DNA of 55,953 bases from Basidiobolus meristosporus CBS 931.73. Its lineage: Eukaryota > Fungi > Basidiobolomycota. This document shows positions 46,295-55,953 of this stretch, one piece after another. A model generated the notes under the pieces. The model did no database searches. It saw only the letters and a list, made by a program, of their open reading frames with translations, and was not told the origin of the DNA. Every line of letters starts with the position of its first letter. The first letter of the stretch is position 1. The stretch covers positions 1 through 55,953 of the forward strand of contig MCFE01000584.1 of the NCBI GenBank assembly GCA_002104905.1, in the 5' to 3' direction. The position numbers and the translations under genes were made by a program.

Positions 46295-47452
46295 CTATGA
46301 CCTTGGCCCGGGTGATAATTTACCCATGACCTTGGCCCAGGTGATAATTTATCCATGACCTTGGCCCAGGTGATAATTTATCCATGACCTTGGCCCAGGT
46401 GATAATTTATCCATGACCTTGGCCCAGGTGATAATTTATCCATGACCTTGGCCAAGGTGATAATTTATCCATGACCTTGGCCCAGGTGATAATTTACCCA
46501 TGACCTTGGCCAAGGTGATAATTTATCCATGACCTTGGCCCAGGTGATAATTTATCCATGACCTTGGCCCAGGTGATAATTTACCCATGACCTTGGCCCA
46601 GGTGATAATTTACCCATGACCTTGGCCAAGGTGATAATTTATCCATGACCCTGGCCAAGGTGATAATTTACCCATGACCTTGGCCAAGGTGATAATTTAT
46701 CCATGACCTTGGCCCAGGTGATAATTTATCCATGACCTTGGCCCAGGTGATAATTTATCCATGACCCTGGCCAAGGTGATAATTCACCCATGACCTTGGC
46801 CAAGGTGATAATTTATCCATGACCTTGGCCCAGGTGATAATTTATCCATGACCTTGGCCAAGGTGATAATTTACCCATGACCTTGGCCCAGGTGATAGTT
46901 TACCCATGACCTTGGCCCAGGTGATAATTTACCCATGACCTTGGCCCAGGTGATAATTTATCCATGACCTTGGCCCAGGTGATAATTTACCCATGACCTT
47001 GGCCAAGGTGATAATTTCTCCATGACCTTGGCCCAGGTGATAATTTATCCATGACCCTGGCCAAGGTGATAATTCACCCATGACCTTGGCCAAGGTGATA
47101 ATTTATCCATGACCTTGGCCCAGGTGATAATTTATCCATGACCTTGGCCCAGGTGATAATTCACCCATGACCTTGGCCAAGGTGATAATTTATCCATGAC
47201 CTTGGCCCAGGTGATAATTTATCCATGACCTTGGCCCAGGTGATAATTTACCCATGACCTTGGCCCAGGTGATAATTTACCCATGACCTTGGCCCAGGTG
47301 ATAATTTACCCATGACCTTGGCCCTGGTGATAATTTATCCATGACCTTGGCCCAGGTGATAATTTACCCATGACCTTGGCCAAGGTGATAATTTATCCAT
47401 GACCTTGGTCAAGGTGATAGTTTATTCATGACCCTTGCCAAGGTGATAATTT
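46295..47452. repeat. 29-bp tandem repeat, about 40 copies; consensus CATGACCTTGGCC(C/A)AGGTGATAATTTA(T/C)C
   Basis: The period was measured directly (catg at 46383 and 46412). Units are contiguous with no spacers. Confidence 0.97.
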
Positions 47453-47523
47453 AACTAAGCTTAGCACATGTTACATTTTATCCTGCACCATACTCTATTG
47501 TGGTGCAGTAATTGGTTGCATCT

Positions 47524-47588
47524 TTTCTGACACAATTTTGGCTCACTGTAGTCAGATTTCTGACACAATTTTGGCTCACTGTAGTCAG
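47524..47588. repeat. 33-bp-period direct duplication (tttctgacacaattttggctcactgtagtcag x2)
   Basis: Seen directly. Confidence 0.9.
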
Positions 47589-49649
47589 TGGTGCTAAATG
47601 TTGCAGACATATGTGGATAATTCTTTTTCTGGTTTTGGGACAAGTAGATTGAGCTTCTGAGGTCTAAAACCTGGCTAAAAGGCATGAGGTCAACAGGGGC
47701 TGTAGCTTTAGACACCAAACCATTATTCCTGGGTAATTGCACACAAAACTTGATATTTTTGATGGAGCCACACTGTGCCTGCAAAGTTGACAACTTCTAA
47801 GGCATGCCAAATACACCGTATTCTTAGCCTAGTCAACCAATAAATGATGACTGTCTGCATGTTTCTTAAAGCAGCTATGATATTTTATTCTATGCAGCAG
47901 TGTTTAGATTTATTTTATGCTATATTGACCCAAGTACATGATCACAGGGAATATCCGGCTGAATTAGCCCGCTGAAACTGAACTCAGTAAATAAGAATAC
48001 CCACTGTTTGACAAACAACATTGCAGATATGCATAATGGACTGCTAGGACAAGATTTAAATAATCATGTCAGTGGAGCAATTAGCAGATTGTATGTGCAC
48101 AAAAAGCTGCTTTATTTGACTGCTGGGTGACTGTCCATAACTCTACTCATCATTAACTGCACTGTGTGGTGAACAAGGAGAGCCAAGTAGCCTTAGTTGA
48201 CCAAAGATTGCAGACACAATGAAAGATGAAGTCAGACAGCCAAGAACACACCAGCACTGCAAAAATAGTAAGAGGCATATGATACAGTACTAAAAGGGCA
48301 CTAGGTGTTACCTAGAGATTTGATTAGATTATATCACCACATGTATAGACAGCTTGAAATTTAGTAGTGTCAAGAGGCAATATAGGGAAGGAGTTTAGCC
48401 CCTCATAAATAGCAACATTGAAAAGTGTCACACTATGCCAAATTGAACTTACTAAATTACAAATAAGGTAGGAATATATTATGTAACAAGATGGTGCTTC
48501 CAGGGTGAAACTTCAGCTTGCTAGACTGGCTGACAGTGCAGGGCCATTAATTTATTGTTGATGACAGAGAAGAGACTGTGGAAATCGACCTCTGCTTTGA
48601 TGGCAGGCACAACCAAAATCTATTGCCTGGATGTATTAGTCATAGGTATATAAAATCAACTCACAGGTGATTATGTTGAGTCCATTAGCATTTAAATGGG
48701 ACCAAATAAGTCAGTGGTGTTAGTCAGCAGATACACCAAAAGATTTCTATCAGACCAAAACAGCAATATAGGCAGCATCCAACAAAGTGATTAGGAGAAG
48801 TAGTACATCCACACTAAATCTGGTAATGCACATTCAAGCAGCTGCTGAGGTGTCAATACCAAATGATCTTGATCATTACTACTTGACATCAGCTAAACTT
48901 TTTTTACCTAAATATTTCATGTATGGGTATCTGAAACATTGTTTTCACTAACTTTTGACTGGAAATTGTATTAGCATTGTTGCCATGGCATATCCATATT
49001 AAAGTCAAAAGTTTCAAAGTCAGCAATAGGGAAAGTGTCAATAGGGACATGGCTTTGCTGATGGCCAAAGGCCACTTATTACAAAAAAGCAACGTATGCA
49101 AATCAGTATGATGTGTAAAATAGGTCACATATACACTCATCTTCAACAGGACTTGATTTAAAAATATCTAAAAAGAACAGAATTATAGAGGAATCGCTTT
49201 ATACATTGGTGAAGCAAATTTTGATACTATGCAGGGCCCATAAATACTGTATATTGGAAGATGAGGGCTTTATGCTGGTTTTTAACCTTGCCCAAAAAAT
49301 ACATACAGAGCACTTAATCAAAGGATTCTGGTAAACTAAATGGACCTAAGCCTACTTTGTCAACAGAAGGTAACCTATACACTGGGATCAATACATGCAA
49401 AAGTGCTATCAGTATCTACACCCTAGGTAGTTGAGTCAATAACTAGATAAACTGCTCTGTTGATTCTCTGTATTGATGGGTAGGAAGGTGCCTTACAGAG
49501 CTATTAGTCACAAAAAGTGCCACAGAGGGCCAACAGGAAATACATTCACAACAAATGTAGCATGCTGAGAAGTAGGGTTTTACATTTTTGTAAAATGAAG
49601 CATTTCTGCCTAACTGCTTAGAAATATATACTTCTGAGCCATAGTGGAA

Positions 49650-51950
49650 TAATAAGAATGACTGCACAGTCAAGACAAATACTATGATATTGTATTTGCC
49701 AAGCCTTGTTGCCGGTTGCTGAAGTAAAATAATAAGTATATGCCATTTTGCTGCTTCACCAATCCATCCTGTTACTTAATGAGCACTTGATTGGTAGCAC
49801 TTTGAAGTTATTCTAGAATAATGGTGCCAGATGGCACTGGCGTATGTGAATACTATCATATATTGTATTTATACATGCCAGGTCATTGATGCCAGCTATC
49901 AATGGCTTTGTACCTAGAATTTTTGTAACAAATCCTTAGGAAAGTGTGCTCCTCTGAGCAGTATCAGTGTTACCAATGCTGATTAGTGGTCAAAGAGTGA
50001 ATTCCATCAGCTCAATAACAACTTCAGTAGTTGGTTGATACAAGTAAATATATCCACTTTTTGGTGTATGGTCTTACTTGGTTCTTTTCTATAATATTCA
50101 TGAGCACTTGGTTAGTGCAATATCTAGTATAGCCATTGAGCATACAGTTTTAGCCTACTTGTGTACTGTTCTGAAATATTCAATTAGAGGTGCCTAGTCA
50201 AGTTGAACAGAGAACTCATTTACAGAGAAATAAACATCTCAAGTAAGAAGTTGCATATAGCTGCAGTTAAAAGAGATTTGTCAGTAGTAATTATTGAAAC
50301 TTGAAGGTATGGTCTTTCAGAGCTCTATATGCCTATATATAGCTCAAAAACATTAGGAGCATATATCAAAGTCTGGCAACAATTTGGTAGATACACTACA
50401 GGTTGAACGCTCATTGTTGTCATAGCAATGATGCTGTAAAATGGTGGCAGGTCAGCATGAACACTTTTAGAACCACTGTGTCAGTGGCTGTTATAAGCTT
50501 TATGCACCAAGTGTTATCCTCCCAAATAGTGATAACTTCACTACACATGGATATTGTCAAACTAAACACTTTTTTATCAGTAAGTGCTTGGAGGCTCTGA
50601 ATTGATGGAATACCTGGTATCTTTCAGCTAGTTTGATCTGGCAAAGACGTATGTATATTAATTATATATGCAAGGCATAAACTTACAGAGTGATAAGTAC
50701 TTAAAACTCTAGTGCTTGAGCTTTAAATGGTAGTATATGCAAAGTGGGATAAGTCTTGATGCTCAACCTGTAATGTAGCTCTATAGACCAGAGTACATGG
50801 TCAAGTTTACACAACTATCAATAAAGTCATCTCAGTCATCTAATTCTGACCAAACATTGTTAGTTGCGCAATGCAAATTAGCTATAAGGTAAATCTTAAC
50901 AATGAGAATGCTTCAAATTTAGTGAAGGTTTGCTTACTCTTCATCTGGCATTTGGTTGTCAGTGGGGTAGCATTTGCATGTAGTAATAACAGCCACATGG
51001 GCTTTTGCTAAATCTGGAATACATCTTAAGCATGGATTCAGTCCCACTATAGAGTTAAGTCTCTGAATCCTGACATATCTTAACAAAACATGATACAAGG
51101 CATATGGCATCTGTTTGCAGCTGAAGGCTTGAGCATCAATCCTGCAAGACTGATGACATATTCTGAAGATCTGTATGGCCCAGTTGCTGCTGCAAAGATT
51201 CAGATAAACTCTTATACCAGCTTAAACTACAACATTTGATGCCAGATGCTGCCATTTGAGCTTTGAAATTATTCTTTTGATAATTGTATACTCCATATAT
51301 GCTGTATTGCAGAATCCTTAGATTCAAAACACTGCCCCAATTACAATAGTAACTGCAATACTGAAAGACACATATCTTCTAGAGGTTAGCACCTTTTTAT
51401 TCAGCCTTGTCCCAATGCAGTGATGTTAATGTTTAGGCATTGAGGGTTTCAAACTGCATGAAGATAGCATATAGTAGCTTAGCCACATAACATTGAAACA
51501 ATGCACCCTGGACCAAAGGCACTGCAAAGTGATTATCCCTGCTGGTGAGGCTTGTTTCCAAGTAATTTATTTGGCACAAAGGGTAGAGCTTAAGACTCTC
51601 CCCACCTTAACCTAATTGATAAAACAGCCTAGTCACTAACAATCTCCCCTTTGTCCTATGTCACCACACAAATTGTTAACAAAATAGTAAATGGAGTAAG
51701 CTCCTCTGTACAGGACTGGCATATGGGTAAAGTGAGTGAGTGGTGATCGTATGAGGAGATCCTAGTATTGCACAATTTGGGACCCACTTGTTGGGCAGTG
51801 CCAACCAAATTACTTGGTGTGTTATGCGGATCTGAGTATTGTTGCTAAATGCAGTCTTCCATGCCAACAGAAGAATTGCCAATATCAGAGGCATATAAAA
51901 GCTATAGATTGGTCAATATGAAGTGTATTGAAACAGCAATCATTACTGGA
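49650..51950 (-). mobile_element. Probable degenerate non-LTR (LINE-like) retrotransposon
   Basis: Minus strand at 49745-49860 reads IVFTYASAIW..., resembling the LINE post-RT 'LTYASxVW' block. Weak KAYxS-H and FNxY similarities lie at ~50300-50500. Heavily mutated. Confidence 0.35.
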
Positions 51951-54499
51951 GGCCCTGAGGTGAGATATTACCTCAGGGTGTGGTAAAACATCAAATGGAT
52001 ATATGGGCTTGAGATGCATTGGCATTGTGTGCTCATGAGCTCATATGAAATGATTTCATATTGTTGCAAACTGCACTAACAAGGGGTGGTGACACTTTAG
52101 GACAAGAAGTTTAGTTCTTGCACAAGTGTCTGACTATATAAATACTATCTTTAGGTCTTTGAATGATTCAATATTCAAATAATGCTCACATTGAAAATAC
52201 TAAATTAATGATAGCAAGGAGCAATTTTCTGAGCCAACATGGCTTTGTATTGCAACACTTCATTGTTCATTGAGAAGCATCCTTCAGTTGTGTAACTGCA
52301 AGTAGCATATGCCTCTTGAATGATAAATAGAGAGCTGTCAGCTGCATCCATAACAATGACTTACAGGGATTCTGTACTTAATATGAACGTACTGAGAAAC
52401 ACTTTGGGCAATAGTTAGAATATGTAACAAAGGAAACTTGCAGCACAAACAGATGCATGCCACTGCCTGCAAACACTCACACCAAAGTAATATATTGATT
52501 CAACATGTTGCCAATAGTTCAGTTTATAGCCAGTTGTGGCGGAAATAAATGGTAAAATGCCTCAAGTGAGCTGTGTAGCAGTGCACAGATTGGTTCAGCA
52601 TCTGAAAATGAACATTAAACAATCACGTATCTTGTAAGCAACTTACTCAGTAGTTTAGTGTTGTCTAATCAGGCTTATGCTGCTGCTTATGTGACAGTGT
52701 AAATCTTGCACTCAGCTCTTAGTGGCTGGGGAAAAATACACACTTGATAGTTTCTGATTGCTTATACAGATCAAGTGGTGAGAATGACCTCAGACAGGGC
52801 AGCCACCTCAGCTGGCAGCAATCTGTCAAACAAGCCCACCATTATTTTAAATTAAACAACCATATCCTGAATGATGCAACTGACATTGTAAGCATAACTA
52901 TCTGCGTGAACTGCAACTCTAAAGCTAGTACATATTTAGCAGGTAAGAGCCAAATAGTCATAATCCTAAGCTTGCCCTAGTTTATGCTAAGCACATAAAA
53001 CAGTTGTAAATGAACATTTTGGGTGTTCTTAAATATTTAAGCAGAAACAAGGCTTGCAAGCCACTATGACACTTAAATAGGGTACCTTTAACAAGCTGCC
53101 AGTGTTACTTAAGGCATGACAAAGGCCCAAAGTACTCAGGCTATAATAAAGCCCACTAAGCTCTTGAAATGACTGCAAAACTCAATAAATCACTGGTACA
53201 ACCTAAAGAGATATGCATCAGAAATGGTAAGGTCAAACTTGTTGTGAAAGAAAAATGGATGCCTTGATTATTTTGCTTGGCAATGCTACACTCACAGATA
53301 TGGTGATATTAGCATCTACACAGGTGGAGAGGACAGGTATGTGACTAACCAGCAGCTGCATTTGGGCCACCTGGTCTTTTCTAACACTAGTCTGTGATCT
53401 TTCTGGTAGCTGCTACTACCTGAGCATTTCAGACTTTGCCAGAAACACTGTTTTAACTGATAATTGGTATACTTGAAAGGTTGCAATTTACCTTGTACTT
53501 ACAATTGCATTTCTATATTGGAGTGCAAGGTAATAAAGGCACTACATTCCATGAACCAAAGGATATGATATTGTTTAAATGCTCTCTGCAGACAAAGTGG
53601 TGCCTGAGATGGCACAACTTAACCAGATTACTGGCCTCAGGAGAGTTTTGAATCCATGTCACTTAATTTAAATAAATATGGGGCTGGAACATGCCACCTA
53701 GGAGCATGGCATAAGCATTGGCTAGTGAGGTCTCTGACATTTTTTGAACAGCAGTTGCATTTGAGCCATGTAAACCAGGATATTGACCAGTACACTGGGT
53801 GCTCCTCTGGTGATATTTTGTAAGTTGTCTCACTTAAGAATCCACAGTTACTACTAAGTTACTGGACTGATGGGTATCAATCAGCAGCTGCCTGATTATT
53901 TGACATTCTGACACTAGTCTTGGTCACTCTGGAACTCATTTATAGTCCCTGCTTAGTCTGTCTCTCTCATAATTTTAGTACTGTGATTACTCTGTTAATG
54001 TTGAAAATGAATCAGCAACACCGTCAAGTATTACATGTCAGCCCCTAAGTTACTATATAATGCTTATGGACATTGAGCACTCTTACAACTTTTATTACCC
54101 ATGTATCAGTTCTACAAAGAAAATAATCCTGTTCTTCTTGGTGCGAAATCAACAGTTCCACTCTTAGCACTAGTTTGCAAGTTCTTGACATTTGACACAA
54201 TAGTCAAGTTGCAGTTTGCTATAAGCTTTGATTGCATTGATCTACTCTAAATATGGTTTACCAGAGAACAAGAGTACACAAATATATGCCATGCAAAGGA
54301 GAGATCTGATGGCAAGAATTTCAGACTCTGAGGGTTTGAGATGCTTGTACCAAATGCTACATTTGTATTATTTCTGCAATAATAAAACTACTGAGCTACT
54401 TTATAAAGTAGCAGCAGTTCCACTTTCTCCACTATTCCTCTGAGAGCCTCTTATATTTAAGACACCTCTTAGATTGCAACAGGTTGTGATTATAATCGC

Positions 54500-55953
54500 C
54501 TTAATTTATTCTAGCTATGGCTTTTATCAGCCAACAGAACAACTTCTCACTTCAGTTAATCAAGATACAGATCTTCTTAATGATAAATAACTTTTGAATA
54601 TAGTAGCAGACAAAGAAGTTGAAACGCAAGATACTTGCAGAGAAAGCTCCAGAATATCAATGACACTATGGATGCGGAAGAGACGATACTCTATCTACTT
54701 TGTAGCTTACCAGGCAAGTGCATTCCACTAATACTTTTTTTAAGACAGAGAAGCCTATTGGACCTAAGAGAATGTCACATGAAGACTTTTTTGGAGTACT
54801 CAAACATAATGACCATGCAGACAAAATCTATGAACACACCTATTCAGCTAAGAAAGACTGACAGAAAAGAAAGGAAAGCAACCATACCAAACATAAAATG
54901 TTTATTGCAACCACTGCCAGAATCTCAGTAAAGAGTTTGCAAGAAGAAATAAGAGGACAAAAAACACAAACATGAATAAGCAAGCCATGTAGCTACAGTA
55001 GTCAGCCAAGTGTCACAGTCCCTGCTGGTGTATATTACTATAGTGTTTGATAAAATATTGATTTTGGAGCTTCACAGTATATCTGTGGTATGAAGGAGTG
55101 GATATGTACCTTATTAAATATTCCTTAACAGAGGTTTACCTAGTTGACAACACTGTGCTGGATGATACAGCTAATGGGTGTGTACAGCAAAAAACAAGTA
55201 ATGATGCAAGGGCCAAGATGGCCAAACTGACAGTGGTAGTCTTTGCCCCTGGAATAGCCAAGGCCTACTCTGGTGAGTAAAGCAGTCACTCAAGGATTAA
55301 AGTTTGTGTTACCAAGCTTAGCAGCGCAATTATGAGTCATGAAAGACAAAGATCGGCTCTGTGGGGTGCAGAGCATAATATGCACAAGTTACAATACAAG
55401 ATTAAGTGTAACCAAGTTGGTCATTATTGCTAAAACCAGGGATATGACACAATAACTTGTTATAGAAAGCAAGGACACATTGGACAACAGATGGTCAACC
55501 AACAGGTGAAAAATCAACTGGCTATAGGCCAAAAATACTCATTTCCAACCAAACTGAGTGTCTGGAATTGATGTTCATGTGCCAAACAAGCTAGGGACAG
55601 TTGCAAGCTTCAGGGCATTAGTGCCACCGGAATATTAGCTATTGCACACAGAGTTACTTTACAGTAACACAAACTGAGTCTAAATCTAAGGTTCATTGAT
55701 TCCATGTTGAAGGGAAACTGTATGGAAAAGCTTGCAAAGTACTACTTGACTAATGGAACATTGCAACACCACCATTTCTGATACTACTCAACAAATAGAG
55801 TAATAGAATGTGCAAGCACAACAAAGTTGATAGGGAAGATCTAGTTTATATGTTAAGGCAATGGACTCCATGTTTTTGCTCAATATGGTCTAAACTTTGA
55901 AACTTCAGCAATATACCCACAGCATGCTGCATGGCACTACACTCTTTGAATTT
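54500..55953 (+). mobile_element. Probable degenerate Ty1/Copia gag-protease-integrase region, running off the window end
   Basis: EETILYLLCSLP (gag-like), IDFGASQYICG at 55057-55089 (like the Copia protease W-x-x-DSGASxH), VVFAPGIAK (like VLYVPxL), and ETSAIYPQ (like integrase TxPYTPQ) occur in Copia order. Confidence 0.5.

Noticed and set aside
46295-47452. CRISPR array (29-bp repeats with a palindromic core)
   Set aside because: The repeats are directly contiguous with no unique spacers, there are no cas genes, and the context is eukaryotic TE DNA.
47600-49600. Short ORFs from 47.5 to 54.4 kb as host genes
   Set aside because: They mostly have non-ATG starts, sit in CpG-erased DNA and show no recognisable domains. 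They are likely TE debris.
1-55953. rRNA, tRNA or bacterial operon features
   Set aside because: I recognised no conserved RNA gene motifs. The signals present (TATA, CCAAT, AATAAA, LTR and CACTA elements) are eukaryotic.

Overview
Eukaryotic, most likely fungal, genomic DNA with two very different compartments. (1) About 3.2-23.4 kb is a CpG-retaining, intronless gene island. It holds a tandem array of about five modules encoding three families of small secreted proteins that I cannot assign to any known family: A (192 aa, 4 intact copies), B (144 aa from the real ATG, 4 intact plus 1 shortened, minus strand) and C (184 aa, 2 intact plus 2 truncated). Many decayed paralogues lie between them. 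All three families have a signal peptide, a long acidic Q/D/E-rich body and one short basic Arg/Lys/Tyr-rich segment with a shared [RK]Y[RK]R motif. B and C also share a 24-aa N/Q-rich motif whose DQTLYQP core is identical in protein but differs at all 7 codons. A conserved palindromic element sits in the divergent promoter of every module. An orphan ORF of 251-277 aa closes the island. (2) The flanks (1-3.2 kb and 23.4-56 kb) are strongly CpG-depleted transposon relics: a structurally complete but dead Ty3/Gypsy chromovirus (LTRs, 5-bp TSD, candidate self-priming PBS) nested in a CACTA/EnSpm relic, several CACTA-like copies with a divergent second ORF, a 29-bp satellite, and probable LINE and Copia relics. 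No database searches were possible. Family names come from motif recognition, and an early-diverging fungal origin is only an inference.
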